DNA from: an uncultured Verrucomicrobiae bacterium
GTDB lineage: Bacteria; Verrucomicrobiota; Verrucomicrobiia; Limisphaerales; Palsa-1400
Direction of reading: 5' to 3'
Assembly (NCBI GenBank): GCA_963707025.1
Contig: CAVPOM010000012.1
Coordinates: forward strand, 160,001 to 224,000
DNA: 64,000 nt
Numbering within the stretch: position 1 is the stretch's first letter; every line of letters starts with the position of its first letter. Below, piece after piece: positions 9,485 to 19,729 of the stretch. A model generated the notes under the pieces. That model did not search any database and was not told the origin of the DNA. It was given only the letters and a program-made list of their open reading frames with translations. The position numbers and the translations under genes are program-made.

Positions 9485-11644
9485 ATGGCCGAGCCATCTT
9501 CACCTTCGTCCGCGTCCCCAGGCCCGGCCCTTTATCCGGCGCGCCGCGTCCGCGGAGGCTGGCGGGTTTTTCTATTTTACTCCTCGGCTCTCTTGCTGAC
9601 CGGGCTGGTTTCCATGTTGTTCGCCGACTTGATTTGGCGCTCGGGTTGGTCCACCTCGGGCTTCTGCCTGATCGGCCTGTTCGTCATCCTTTTCCTGCTC
9701 ACCGCCATCGGCTGCATGCATGCCATTTTTGGTTTTACGGTGCGGTTGATGGACGGCGACGCCCGCATCACCCGCCTGGCCGATTACCGGGCCAAAAGTC
9801 TGACGGGGATCAGCACCGCGCTGATTTTCCCGGTTTACAACGAGGAAATCGTGCGTGCTTACGAGGGCCTGCGCGCCACTTTCCAGTCGCTCGAAAAAAC
9901 CGGCCAGCTCCAACGCTTCGACTTCTTCATTCTCAGCGATTCGACGGACCCGGACAAGTGGATCGAAGAGGAGCGGCGCTGGTTTGAATTGATCCGCGAG
10001 TTGGACGCGCTGGGGCGGATTTATTACCGGCGGCGCGCCGCCAATGAGGCCAGGAAAAGCGGCAACGTCCGCGATTTTTTGAATTCGTGGGGGCGGCGCT
10101 ATCGCTACTTCATGGTGTTCGACGCCGACAGCGTGATGCGGGGCGGGACGGTGGTGGACCTGGTAAAATTGATGGAGGCCCATCCGGCAGCGGGGCTGAT
10201 TCAAACCGTGCCGGCGCTGGTGGAGGCCGAATCGCTGTTTGGGCGGATCCAGCAATTTGCCAACCGGCTCTACGCGCCGGTGTTCATCGCGGGATTGAAT
10301 TTTTGGGCGCAGGGATTTGGCAATTACTGGGGCCACAACGCCATCATCCGCACCGAGGCGTTCATGCAATGCTGCGACCTGCCGCAATTGCCGGGGAGCA
10401 AACCGTTTGGCGGGCAGATCCTGAGCCACGATTTTGTGGAGGCGGCCTTGCTGCTCAAGGAACACTGGCAGGTCTGGTTCGCCTGCGACCTGGAGGGAAG
10501 CTACGAGGAGGCGCCGCAAACCATGATTGACAATGCGGCCCGGGAGCGGCGCTGGTGCCAGGGCAACTTGCAGCACGCCATGGTCATCCTGGCCGGAGGC
10601 CTGCGCGGCCTGAGCCGGGTCCACCTGGCCATGGGCATCCTGGGGTATCTGGCCAGCCCGCTCTGGCTCTGCTTCCTGCTCACCTTCAACTGGATGCTCT
10701 GGTACAAGCAGCACACCGGGCTTTCCGACATCATGGTGCGCAACTTCACCCCGTTCCTGCGCTTGAGCGGGACGGAGCACGCCCTTTTTATTTTTGTCAT
10801 TTGCATGGCGGTGCTTTTTTTGCCCAAGGTCCTGGCGCTGGTGGATCTGGCTCTGGACCGCCGGCGTCTGCGCGCCTTTGGCGGCCTGACCCACGCCACG
10901 GTGGGGGCGGTGGCCGAAACCGCCTTCTCCGCGCTGCACGCTCCCATCCTGATGCTGTGGCACTCCCAGTTTGTCGTCTCCGCGCTTTTGGGCCGGGACA
11001 CCTCCTGGGGGCCGCAGCAGCGCATCGCCGCGGGCGTCGGCTGGGCCGAAGCGGCGCCGCGGCTGGGCCTGCCTGCTTTGATCGGGCTGGTTTGGGGCGG
11101 GGCGGTCTGGCAGCTTGACCAGCGCACTTTCTGGTGGTTTGTTCCGGTGGTGGCGGGGATGGTTCTGAGCATTCCCTTGTGCGTGCTGACCAGCCGCGCC
11201 AGTTGGGGCGGGCGCGCCCGCGAGTTGGGCCTCTTCTTGACTCCCGAAGAAACCAGCCCGCCGCTTGAACTGGCCGGATTGCGCGCGCGCATGGCGGAGT
11301 TGCGCGCGGCGGGCCAAACCGCGCCGCGCCCGCGCGATTCCGGCATGGCGGCGGCGGTTTTGGACCCTTACGTCAATGCCTTGCACGCCTCCTTGTTGCG
11401 GGAAAACCGGCTCAACCCCGTCCATGCCAGAGTGCTGGCGGAAATGGGGGTGGGCGGGCCGGAGGTGCCGCGCTTGCGCGAGCGCCTGCTGGCGGAAGGC
11501 CCGGAGAAACTGCAGCCGCGCGAAAAGCTGCTCATCCTGTCCGACGCCGAATCGTTGCCCTGGCTGCACCGCCAGGTCTGGCTGCGCCCGGCCGGGACGC
11601 TGGCCCCGTGGTGGCAGGCCGCCGCGCGGGAATACGCCCGTTAA
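9485..11644 (+). CDS. opgH: Glucan biosynthesis glucosyltransferase H (GT2)
   Basis: ILSDS, RKSGNV, DADS, YWGHNAIIR, ILSHDFVEA, RRWCQGNLQH motifs. Confidence 0.95.
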   Translation: MAEPSSPSSASPGPALYPARRVRGGWRVFLFYSSALLLTGLVSMLFADLIWRSGWSTSGFCLIGLFVILFLLTAIGCMHAIFGFTVRLMDGDARITRLADYRAKSLTGISTALIFPVYNEEIVRAYEGLRATFQSLEKTGQLQRFDFFILSDSTDPDKWIEEERRWFELIRELDALGRIYYRRRAANEARKSGNVRDFLNSWGRRYRYFMVFDADSVMRGGTVVDLVKLMEAHPAAGLIQTVPALVEAESLFGRIQQFANRLYAPVFIAGLNFWAQGFGNYWGHNAIIRTEAFMQCCDLPQLPGSKPFGGQILSHDFVEAALLLKEHWQVWFACDLEGSYEEAPQTMIDNAARERRWCQGNLQHAMVILAGGLRGLSRVHLAMGILGYLASPLWLCFLLTFNWMLWYKQHTGLSDIMVRNFTPFLRLSGTEHALFIFVICMAVLFLPKVLALVDLALDRRRLRAFGGLTHATVGAVAETAFSALHAPILMLWHSQFVVSALLGRDTSWGPQQRIAAGVGWAEAAPRLGLPALIGLVWGGAVWQLDQRTFWWFVPVVAGMVLSIPLCVLTSRASWGGRARELGLFLTPEETSPPLELAGLRARMAELRAAGQTAPRPRDSGMAAAVLDPYVNALHASLLRENRLNPVHARVLAEMGVGGPEVPRLRERLLAEGPEKLQPREKLLILSDAESLPWLHRQVWLRPAGTLAPWWQAAAREYAR

Positions 11645-11888
11645 GCGGCCTCTGCCCTCTTCGCTCCACGGGCCGCAAGGACCTCCTGGCCGCATACGCC
11701 ACTGGCTGGCCGGCAAACCGTTTTGCCAGCCGCGGGATGCGGCGGCCCGCAGTGCCTTAATTTGGTGCAGAGTCGGGCCTGTGGCTCGACTTCGGCGCAC
11801 AGCGCCGACACTACAACAATGAAATTGAGGCGCTACCCGGCGCCCCGGGGGCTTGACTTTTTCGGGCAATCTGACTTCTTAACCACGC

Positions 11889-12617
11889 ATGGTGCGCGTG
11901 TTTTTCAGATGGGCGCCGGCCGGCGTTTTGGCGGTGCTGGCCTGTGCGCCCTGTCAGGCCGGAGATCGCGGTGTGCCAGCTTCCCATGGCATCGCCAACT
12001 TTGGCCGGGTCAACGACCGCCTTTACCGCGGCGCCCAGCCGGATGCGGCCGGCCTCTCCAGCCTGAAAAGTCTTGGTGTCAAGACCATTATCTGTCTGCG
12101 CATGGCCGGCGACCTGTGGGCGCCGGAAAAGGATGAGGCCGCCAACAACGGCATGACCTTCATCAACATCCCTCTCAAGGGAACGGGCAGGCCGCAGGGC
12201 CGCGATGTCGCGCGCGCGCTTTCCATTATTGAAAATTCGCCCGGCCCGGTCTTTGTGCATTGCGAGCACGGCTGCGACCGCACCGGCACGATCATCGCCT
12301 GCTACCGCATTGCGCAGGACCATTGGACGGGCGCGGCGGCCCAAAAGGAGGCCGACCGCTATGGGATGTCCCCGCTGGAGCGCGGGATGAAGCGCTTCAT
12401 CGCCGATTTCGCCGGCCCCGCCCCCAAACCGCGGGGCGGCACGCCGCACCAGCAATCGGCGAAATTTAGGCTCGCGCCGGCGGGCCCGCTTGCTAAATTG
12501 ACCCCATGCGCACGGCGATTTATCCCGGCAGTTTCGATCCCATCACCAACGGGCACCTGGATCTGGTGCAACGCGCCGCCAAGCTTTTTGACCGCGTCAT
12601 CGTGGCCGTGGCGGTGA
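11889..12617 (+). CDS. Dual-specificity/tyrosine phosphatase-like protein
   Basis: LYRGAQP and HCEHGCDRTG (CX5R); 3' end overlaps coaD by 112 nt so the true end is uncertain. Confidence 0.8.
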   Translation: MVRVFFRWAPAGVLAVLACAPCQAGDRGVPASHGIANFGRVNDRLYRGAQPDAAGLSSLKSLGVKTIICLRMAGDLWAPEKDEAANNGMTFINIPLKGTGRPQGRDVARALSIIENSPGPVFVHCEHGCDRTGTIIACYRIAQDHWTGAAAQKEADRYGMSPLERGMKRFIADFAGPAPKPRGGTPHQQSAKFRLAPAGPLAKLTPCARRFIPAVSIPSPTGTWIWCNAPPSFLTASSWPWR

Positions 12618-13003
12618 ACGAAGGCAAAAAACCGTTGTTCACCCTCAACGAGCGGATGGCCATGGTCCGAACTTCCCTGCAAGCCTTCCCGGCGGCCGAG
12701 GCGGATTGGTTTGACGGTTTGCTCGTCAATTATGTGGACAAGCAGGGCGGACAGGCCATCATCCGGGGTCTGCGGGCGGTTTCGGATTTTGAGTTTGAGT
12801 TTCAACTGGCGCTGATGAACCGGAAGTTGAACGAGGGTGTGGAAACCATTTTCATGATGCCCAAGGATACCTACACCTTCCTCAGTTCGCGCATCGTCAA
12901 GGAAATCGCCCGGCTGGGGGGTGATGTCAGCTCCTTCGTGCCGGAGCCGGTCCGCCAGGCGCTCTCTGCAAAATTCAAGTCCCAGGCCCCGCCATGTCCT
13001 TAA
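12506..13003 (+). CDS. coaD: Phosphopantetheine adenylyltransferase
   Basis: YPGSFDPITNGHLD, IRGLRAVSDFE. Confidence 0.97.
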   Translation: MRTAIYPGSFDPITNGHLDLVQRAAKLFDRVIVAVAVNEGKKPLFTLNERMAMVRTSLQAFPAAEADWFDGLLVNYVDKQGGQAIIRGLRAVSDFEFEFQLALMNRKLNEGVETIFMMPKDTYTFLSSRIVKEIARLGGDVSSFVPEPVRQALSAKFKSQAPPCP

Positions 13004-13479
13004 AGATCAATGTCCGCCATCTGGAGGAAAAGGACCTTCAAGTCCAAGGCAAGCTGCCGGCCCCGGAACTGGAACTGGACGACCGCGACGAGCTGGTGCG
13101 GGCGCGCCTGCCCTTGCACTATGACTTGACCGCGCATCAGGCCGGGCAGGATGTTCTGGTGAGAGGCCGCTTGGAAATGGCGCTGGATTGCGAGTGCGCG
13201 CGGTGCCTCAAGCCCTTCCGCTTCCGGCTGAAAATACCGGATTGGCTGCTGCATCTGCCCGCCCAAGGCCCGGACAAGGCGGTGTTGCAGGATGATGTCG
13301 TGGATTTGACACCCTACCTCAGGGAAGCGATTCTGCTTGAATTTCCCCAACATCCGTTGTGTCATGGCGATTGCGCCGGATTGCCCCAGCGGGCGGACGC
13401 CAGCAGCCAGAAAACCGAAGGGGCCGGCCGGATGCCAGCGGCGACGGCCTGGGCTGAATTAAACAAACTAAAGTTCTAA
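12994..13479 (+). CDS. yceD: DUF177/YceD family protein
   Basis: CARCL and PLC...C.GL motifs; canonical position before rpmF. Confidence 0.88.
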   Translation: MSLKINVRHLEEKDLQVQGKLPAPELELDDRDELVRARLPLHYDLTAHQAGQDVLVRGRLEMALDCECARCLKPFRFRLKIPDWLLHLPAQGPDKAVLQDDVVDLTPYLREAILLEFPQHPLCHGDCAGLPQRADASSQKTEGAGRMPAATAWAELNKLKF

Positions 13480-13492
13480 CAGACAAAAAGTT

Positions 13493-13681
13493 ATGGGAGT
13501 TCCAAAACGCAAGCCTTCCCACAGCCGGCAGAGGATGCGGCGCGCTTACAACAGCGTCCTCAAGCTGCCGCAATTAAGCACCTGCCCGCAATGCGCCGCG
13601 CCCTATGTGCCGCACCGGGTTTGTCCGGCTTGCGGTTACTACAAAGGCCGCCAGGTTATTTCGGTCCAAGTCAAGGCATAA
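13493..13681 (+). CDS. rpmF: 50S ribosomal protein L32
   Basis: MGVPKRKPS, CPQC..HRVCPACGYYKG. Confidence 0.97.
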   Translation: MGVPKRKPSHSRQRMRRAYNSVLKLPQLSTCPQCAAPYVPHRVCPACGYYKGRQVISVQVKA

Positions 13682-13695
13682 TCCGGTTTTTGGGC

Positions 13696-13726
13696 AGCGC
13701 GGCCGCCACTCTCCCGCGCTCTTTTC
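13696..13726 (+). terminator. Possible intrinsic terminator/attenuator after rpmF
   Basis: AGCGCGG/CCGCGCT stem followed by CTTTT. Confidence 0.35.
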
Positions 13727-13730
13727 GTTT

Positions 13731-14753
13731 ATGCGAATCGTTGTGGATGTGATGGGCGGGGATCACGGCCCGGAAGTTATCATTGACGGCGCCAGGCTGG
13801 CCTTGCAATCCAATGCCGCCATCACCGGGCTTTGTTTGGTGGGCCGCGAGGAAGAAATTAAAGCAGCCATGACCCGGGTCGGCTGCGCCGATCCGCGCGT
13901 CCAGGTCCTGCACGCCAGCGAAGTCGTCACCATGGATGACAAACCGGTGGAAGGCTTGCGGCGGAAAAAAGACTGCTCCATCCTGCGGGCGGTGGACCTG
14001 CTCAACGAAGGCAAGGCGGACGCCTTGATTTCTCCGGGCAACACCGGCGGGATTGTGGCCGCCGCGATGATCCGGCTGCGCCCGCTGGCGGGGCTGGACC
14101 GCCCCTGCATCGCCACCGTCATCCCGGCGCCGGACAATGAATTTGTCCTGCTGGATTCCGGGGCCAGCGTGGAATGCCATCCCCGGAATTTGCTGGAATT
14201 TGCCATCATGGGGAGTATTTACTCGCGGGAGATTCTCGGCTACAAGACCCCGCGAGTCGGCATTTTGAGCAACGGCACCGAGCCGAACAAAGGCACCGAA
14301 TTGACAAAGGAAACCTGCAAACTCTGCCAGCAAGTCAACCTCAACTTCATCGGCCACGTCGAAGGGCACGACCTTTTTCACAACCGCGTGGACGTGGTGG
14401 TGTGCGACGGCTTTGTCGGCAACATTGTGTTAAAAACCATGGAGAGCCTTTTCAAAGGCATGGCCGCGTGGCTCAAAAGTGAAATCACCAGGAACCCAAA
14501 ACGCCAACTGGGCGCCTGGCTGTCCAGGAACGCCTTCCGCACCATCGCCCGGCGCATGGACCCCGACGGCCGGGGGGGGGCGCCGCTGCTGGGATTGAAC
14601 GGCACCATTGTCAAGGCGCACGGCTCGGCCCGCGAACGGGCCATTATGAATGCCATCCACCTCGCCGTCGAGGCGCTGCAGCACCACATTAACGACATGA
14701 TCCAGGCAGAGGTGGCCCAGGCCGCCGCGCGCCTGGCGGAGGCCAAAACATGA
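13731..14753 (+). CDS. plsX: Phosphate acyltransferase PlsX
   Basis: DVMGGDHGP, GNTGG, VVCDGFVGNIVLK, GAPLLGL. Confidence 0.96.
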   Translation: MRIVVDVMGGDHGPEVIIDGARLALQSNAAITGLCLVGREEEIKAAMTRVGCADPRVQVLHASEVVTMDDKPVEGLRRKKDCSILRAVDLLNEGKADALISPGNTGGIVAAAMIRLRPLAGLDRPCIATVIPAPDNEFVLLDSGASVECHPRNLLEFAIMGSIYSREILGYKTPRVGILSNGTEPNKGTELTKETCKLCQQVNLNFIGHVEGHDLFHNRVDVVVCDGFVGNIVLKTMESLFKGMAAWLKSEITRNPKRQLGAWLSRNAFRTIARRMDPDGRGGAPLLGLNGTIVKAHGSARERAIMNAIHLAVEALQHHINDMIQAEVAQAAARLAEAKT

Positions 14754-15784
14754 CTCACCCGGCTAAAAAATTCATCAACCCGCGCGCCCGCCACCAATTC
14801 AAGAGCCGCACCTGTTCCATCGCCGCCGTCGGCTCCTACGTGCCGCCACGGATCCTGACCAATGACGATCTTGGGAAAATGGTGGACACCTCCGACGAAT
14901 GGATCACCAGCCGCACCGGCATCAAGGAGCGCCGCATCGCGGCCAAGCACGAGCACACCTCCGACCTGGCCGCCAAAGCCGCCCTGGCCGCCATGACACG
15001 GGCCAGGGTGACGGCCGAACAAATTGATCTGATCATCGTGGCCACCATCACGCCGGACATGCCCTTTCCCTCCACCGCCTGCGTCGTGCAGCGCAAAATC
15101 GGGGCCAGACACGCCGTGGCCTTTGACATCGAAGCGGCCTGTTCGGGTTTTATTTTCGCGCTGGAAATCGGCCAGCACTTCATCATGGCCCACACCGCCG
15201 AGACCGTCCTGGTCATCGGCGCCGACAAACTCTCCACCATCGTCAATTGGAAGGACCGCAACACCTGCGTCCTTTTCGGCGACGGCGCCGGAGCGGCCAT
15301 TTTGCGCAACCGGCCCAACGCCCACGGCCTGCTCACCACCTGCATGGGTTCGGACGGAAACAAAGGCGATTTGTTGTGCATGCCCGGCGGCGGCTCGCAA
15401 TGCCCGGCCTCCGTCCATTCCCTGGCCACCGGAATGCATTATTTGCGCATGGACGGCAAAGAAACCTTCAAAAACGCCGTCACCGCCATGCACACCGCGG
15501 CCAGCGAGGCCTTGCGCCGCTGCGCCACCGACATTGCCCAGATCAAGTGCGTCATTCCCCATCAGGCCAACCGTCGTATTATTGACGCCGTGGCCGCGCG
15601 CCTGGGCGCGACCCCGGACCAGGTTTTTACCAACCTGGAAAAATACGGCAACACCTCCGCCGCCTCCGTGGCCATCGCGCTGGACGAGGCCGTGCAGCAG
15701 GGCCGCATCCTCAAGGGCGACCTGATTCTGCTCATCGCCTTCGGCGCCGGCCTGACCTGGGCCGCCGCGGTCATTGAATGGTGA
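14750..15784 (+). CDS. fabH: 3-oxoacyl-ACP synthase III
   Basis: AACSGF, PHQANRRI, YGNTSAAS. Confidence 0.97.
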   Translation: MTHPAKKFINPRARHQFKSRTCSIAAVGSYVPPRILTNDDLGKMVDTSDEWITSRTGIKERRIAAKHEHTSDLAAKAALAAMTRARVTAEQIDLIIVATITPDMPFPSTACVVQRKIGARHAVAFDIEAACSGFIFALEIGQHFIMAHTAETVLVIGADKLSTIVNWKDRNTCVLFGDGAGAAILRNRPNAHGLLTTCMGSDGNKGDLLCMPGGGSQCPASVHSLATGMHYLRMDGKETFKNAVTAMHTAASEALRRCATDIAQIKCVIPHQANRRIIDAVAARLGATPDQVFTNLEKYGNTSAASVAIALDEAVQQGRILKGDLILLIAFGAGLTWAAAVIEW

Positions 15785-15885
15785 AGTCTGAATGGGGAAT
15801 GGTGAAAGTCGCATTCCTCCCAGCGCCATCACCCCATCACTCCACCACTCCATTCCGCCCCACCGCCCTGCGTGACGCGTCGGTG

Positions 15886-16072
15886 GCGCTCCCGGTGTTG
15901 CAACCGGGCGCGGGTCATGCGCTCGCGCAAGCCGCCTTGTCCAGGAAATCCTGCTCCAAACGGCGGAGTTGCCGGTCGAGCAGGTTATTGGTCTGGTGGA
16001 TGAGGCAGAGCGCGATGTTGGCCACCACTTCGGGCAGGCGGGTTTCCACGAATTCGCGGTAGTCCTCATAAT
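15886..16072 (-). pseudogene. Truncated, frameshifted four-helix-bundle (suffix-domain type) gene remnant
   Basis: EVVANIALCLIHQTNNLLDRQLRRLEQDFL, then GGLRERMTRARLQHR in a shifted frame (~15936); no N-terminal part. Confidence 0.7.
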
Positions 16073-16210
16073 ACCTTTTCCGGTTTGCTTTTGCACTGTA
16101 GCGGCGGTCTGCGACCGCCGCAAATCGCCTTGGCAATAGTGCAATTACAAACTGGAAACGGTATAAGTCGTCTGGCGGCCCAGCTTGCGGACGTATCGGG
16201 CTTCCTTGCT

Positions 16211-18862
16211 TTATTTGGGCAGGGCGGGGAGGAGGGCGAGGATGTCTTGCTGTTGCTGATACCACTCGCGCAATGGCCGGGAGAGCTGCGACACCTTGAA
16301 ATCCTTGAGATGATCAATTTGCAACGAGGCCTCCACGTCTTTCTTCAGTTCACCGTTCAGGTCGGACTTGGCATCTTCGGCCCAGCTTTTGAAGGAGCCG
16401 GTCTTTTCGTTGAGCGCCTTGGCCGCGGCCAGACGGGTCTCCTGATCGTATTTGAATTCGACCACCTCGACCCGGCCGGCGTTGAGCTTGCCGGAGATGC
16501 GGTTGGTTTCGTCCTTCTTGGCGGTGACGACGATTTTGGCCAGTTCGATGATGCGTTGCTCCAATTTGCTCACGGCGTCGTCTTCCCCGACGGCGCCGTT
16601 GGCTTCGACGCCGAGGGTGCGGGGCGCGTCCTCCAGGCGGAGGCAGACCTGCTTGACGGTTTCCTTCTCCAGTTGCTCGAAGAAGATCTTGCCGCGCTGG
16701 ATGATCAGGTCGTGCTCCTCCTTGGTGAAGTTGGTTTTCTTGTCGTCCAGGCCGACAAAGGTCTTGTAGTTGGTGGAATCGAGGAGTTTTTCCAGGCGGG
16801 CGGTCAGGTTGCTGGTGTTGAGACGCTGGACGACGGGTACATTGGTGGGTTCCTGTTTGAGGTCCAGTTTCAGGTCCACGGGCAGGAAGGAAAAGACGGC
16901 GCGATCCGGCCCGCCCAACTGGGTGAGCTGGGTGTTGAGATATTTCCAGTGGGCCTGATAACGTTCCTTCTGGTTCAGGTCGCCCACGAAGTCGAACTGG
17001 TTCTCGATGCGCACGGAGCGGGTGTCCTTGCGAAACCAGGAGAGCTCGTCGGCAAACTGGTAGGACAGTTGCCGGGCGTAGGCGACCGGGCTTAAGTTGA
17101 CCTGTTCCAGCGGAACCCGGTCGTTGGTGTTGCGCGGGGTGCGGGCGCGGATGAAGGTCTCGATGATGGCGTTGGGCAGCAAATTGATGGTCTCGGCCAT
17201 GTCGGCGTAGGCATTGACGACCGGGTCGGGGCCGTAGTCGAAGCGGCGCACGTCGCCGTAGCGGCCCACGTCGTCATCGGTGGCGAAGAGCATTTTCTTG
17301 TCGCGCGCCTCGGAAGAGTTGAAATAGCCCCAGGCGATGGCGGCGCGGTCGTGCGGCAGGGCTTCCTTGAGCGTGCGCATGCGCCAGCCGATGAAAACGC
17401 CGCTTTGCAAAATGTTATAGTCCATGACGGAGTTGGCGGTCAGCTTGTTGGTGAAGGCGTCGGCGGGCTTGCCGGCGACGTAGGCCTTGAACCAGTCATC
17501 CAATTCCTTGCGGCTCAGCGTGGCATCCAGGCTGCCGGCAAAATTGTGGCGCAGGCCCAGGACGTGGCCGACCTCATGGGCGACGACTTCGCGGACATAA
17601 TCCTGCGAGATGCGCAGCACCGCCTCGTCGGTCAGGGCGTCGTTGGTCAGGACTTCCTGGAGGCCGTGGGCCATTTGCCGGGCGAATTCCTGCTGGTCCA
17701 TCTCGCAGGCGGGGGCGGAGGAGAAGAAGGGCAGCTTGAAACGCAAGGCGGCGGTGTTCTTCTTGTCGTCCTTTTTCGGCTCGGCCATTTCCTCCAGCGT
17801 GCGCAGGAGGATGCGGGCGTCGGCCCGGCCATAGAAGGCAAAGACGCTGGTGATGTAGGCCTGCCCGTGCTCGGACTCGCCGCTGAGGGGATCCAGCAGG
17901 GCGTCGGCATAAGCGAAGCCGGCGTTGTCCCACGGCACCCATTGAATGATATTATACTTGGCATTGGGCGCGGTCGCGCCGTTGGGGGCCTTGGCCGCCA
18001 GCACGATTTCCTTGCCAAAGGCCAGGTTCCAATAGAGGATGCCATCCTTGACCGCGTCCACGTAATTGGAGGGGGTGTTGGCGGAATAGTAGAAGGTGAC
18101 CGGGTGGCGGATGTCGAAGCGGGCAATGCGGGTGGATACCCGGCCGGTGACCGGCTCGATTTGGCCGTCGGTTTCAAAGAAGCGGGCGTAGCGGTTGTCA
18201 ATAATGCTGGGTTCCTTGCCATCATAGGCGCCGGGCTTGTAGGGGCTGAGGAAGTAACGCGCCTCGTAACGCGCTTCCAGGTTTTCGTCGCTCTGGCGGC
18301 TGCGCAACTGGACGCTTTGGCGGATGATGACCCGGCCCTCCTCCTGGCGCATCTCGAAGACGCGGCTTTCCGGCACCTCCAGCACCCGGTCACGCCCATC
18401 CAGGTCCAGCCCGCCGCCTTCCGTCCAGGTCTGGGTGAAGACGCGGTGCATCCCCTTGTTGAAATCAATCACCACCCGGCTGGCGTTCTGGCTGACGATG
18501 GCAAAGCTGGCCAGGAGGCGGCGCGCCGGCAAATCCTCCGTCACCACCAGCCCGCGGGTGGACTCATACATGTCCACCCCGTCGGGGAACAATTCAAACC
18601 GCACGATTTTGCCCGCCAACCCGGTGCTGGTGGCGGCCCGCGTCTGCGGAATCAGGGACGCGGTGAACAGATAGTCCAGGCCGAGGCCGGCTTTGGGGAT
18701 GGCCAGTTGAAAGCCGTCCGCCACCTGCAATTCCGGCGCGATCTTGTTGGTCTCCTCGGCCGGGGCTGACCGCAGCTCGCCGGCGGCGGCAAAGAAAAGG
18801 AGAGGGATGAGCGTGGCCGCGACCTTCGCCAGTCGCGGCGTGGAAAGACGAAGTTGGTTCAT
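16211..18862 (-). CDS. Secreted zinc-dependent metalloprotease (met-zincin, EcxA/DUF4953-like)
   Basis: Signal peptide; HEVGHVLGLRHNF; SVMDY. Confidence 0.88.
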   Translation of the reverse strand: MNQLRLSTPRLAKVAATLIPLLFFAAAGELRSAPAEETNKIAPELQVADGFQLAIPKAGLGLDYLFTASLIPQTRAATSTGLAGKIVRFELFPDGVDMYESTRGLVVTEDLPARRLLASFAIVSQNASRVVIDFNKGMHRVFTQTWTEGGGLDLDGRDRVLEVPESRVFEMRQEEGRVIIRQSVQLRSRQSDENLEARYEARYFLSPYKPGAYDGKEPSIIDNRYARFFETDGQIEPVTGRVSTRIARFDIRHPVTFYYSANTPSNYVDAVKDGILYWNLAFGKEIVLAAKAPNGATAPNAKYNIIQWVPWDNAGFAYADALLDPLSGESEHGQAYITSVFAFYGRADARILLRTLEEMAEPKKDDKKNTAALRFKLPFFSSAPACEMDQQEFARQMAHGLQEVLTNDALTDEAVLRISQDYVREVVAHEVGHVLGLRHNFAGSLDATLSRKELDDWFKAYVAGKPADAFTNKLTANSVMDYNILQSGVFIGWRMRTLKEALPHDRAAIAWGYFNSSEARDKKMLFATDDDVGRYGDVRRFDYGPDPVVNAYADMAETINLLPNAIIETFIRARTPRNTNDRVPLEQVNLSPVAYARQLSYQFADELSWFRKDTRSVRIENQFDFVGDLNQKERYQAHWKYLNTQLTQLGGPDRAVFSFLPVDLKLDLKQEPTNVPVVQRLNTSNLTARLEKLLDSTNYKTFVGLDDKKTNFTKEEHDLIIQRGKIFFEQLEKETVKQVCLRLEDAPRTLGVEANGAVGEDDAVSKLEQRIIELAKIVVTAKKDETNRISGKLNAGRVEVVEFKYDQETRLAAAKALNEKTGSFKSWAEDAKSDLNGELKKDVEASLQIDHLKDFKVSQLSRPLREWYQQQQDILALLPALPK

Positions 18863-19006
18863 GTCAAGTCCTCAAGAACATGACCAAACCACCCAAACAG
18901 TGCAAGCCCAAAGCAAAAAGCAGTTTGGTTCAAAACCGCGCGGCCCTGCAAATAATCCTGTGCAAAAAAAGCCGGCGGGTTTTCTCCAATGGGCGCCAGA
19001 ACCATT

Positions 19007-19351
19007 TCAATCCAAGTCTTTGAGCATTTGCTCGATCGAGACGAGCATCGCCGGCACATCCTTCTGCACTGCATCCCACAACACTTGATAATCCACGTCA
19101 TCATATCCGTGGCTCAAGTGATCGCGTGTGCCGGCGATTTCCTTCCAGGGCACGCCAGGATGCCGCGCCCGCAATTCCATCGGCAGACGCTTGACACCCT
19201 CCCCCACGATTTCGATAAACCGCTCCAGCGCGGCGGTCGCCTGCCAGTCGGCTAGCAGCTCGTCCAGGGTCTTGCCCGCGCAAATCATCTGGAGACGGCG
19301 CGCCGCGTCTCGAATCTGCTGCAGCGTCGCCCGCGGATCATGCGCGCTCAT
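19007..19351 (-). CDS. HepT/DUF86-like HEPN RNase toxin
   Basis: EIVGEG, PWKEIAGTRDHLSHGY (Rx4H). Confidence 0.9.
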   Translation of the reverse strand: MSAHDPRATLQQIRDAARRLQMICAGKTLDELLADWQATAALERFIEIVGEGVKRLPMELRARHPGVPWKEIAGTRDHLSHGYDDVDYQVLWDAVQKDVPAMLVSIEQMLKDLD

Positions 19352-19661
19352 AAATCGGAACTGCTTCCCGGCGCACTGCCGCTTCAATGTGCCGGTTGAG
19401 ACGCGAACAAAAATCCACCCTGCGGCCCATGATGGCGGCCAGTTCCTCACCGTAGCCAAAGTAACGAAACCCAACCCCTTTCAGCGCGTCCGGCTCGAAC
19501 TCCGCCAGCACATCCACGTCGCTCCGCGCCGGATCGAAGTCATCACGCAACACCGAGCCGAACACGCTCAACTTGCGGATGCCGTGCGCGCGACAGAACT
19601 CTGCGATCTTCTCGCGGTCAATCTGAATCGGCAATTCGGGTGAAACTTCACTCAAGCTCAT
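19338..19661 (-). CDS. Minimal nucleotidyltransferase (MNT) antitoxin
   Basis: FGSVLRDDF..SDVDVL; overlaps the HEPN gene. Confidence 0.9.
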   Translation of the reverse strand: MSLSEVSPELPIQIDREKIAEFCRAHGIRKLSVFGSVLRDDFDPARSDVDVLAEFEPDALKGVGFRYFGYGEELAAIMGRRVDFCSRLNRHIEAAVRREAVPIYERA

Positions 19662-19729
19662 GCCAAAAAGTAACGCATCCCCGCGCCAGTGTCACCCTGA
19701 AATCCAGGAAACCGCCAGAAACGGGAGCC

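Noticed and set aside
9572..11869. Long antisense ORFs (also 650-2143, 3355-5175, 14378-16144, 23281-25179)
   Set aside because: Shadows of real genes in high-GC DNA; no motifs
12506..12617. Functional overlap between the phosphatase and coaD
   Set aside because: The tail is an off-frame read of coaD, probably from stop loss or an indel
15886..16072. DGR accessory (Avd-like) gene implying a diversity-generating retroelement
   Set aside because: No reverse transcriptase; differences between the ~265-bp repeats are not adenine-specific
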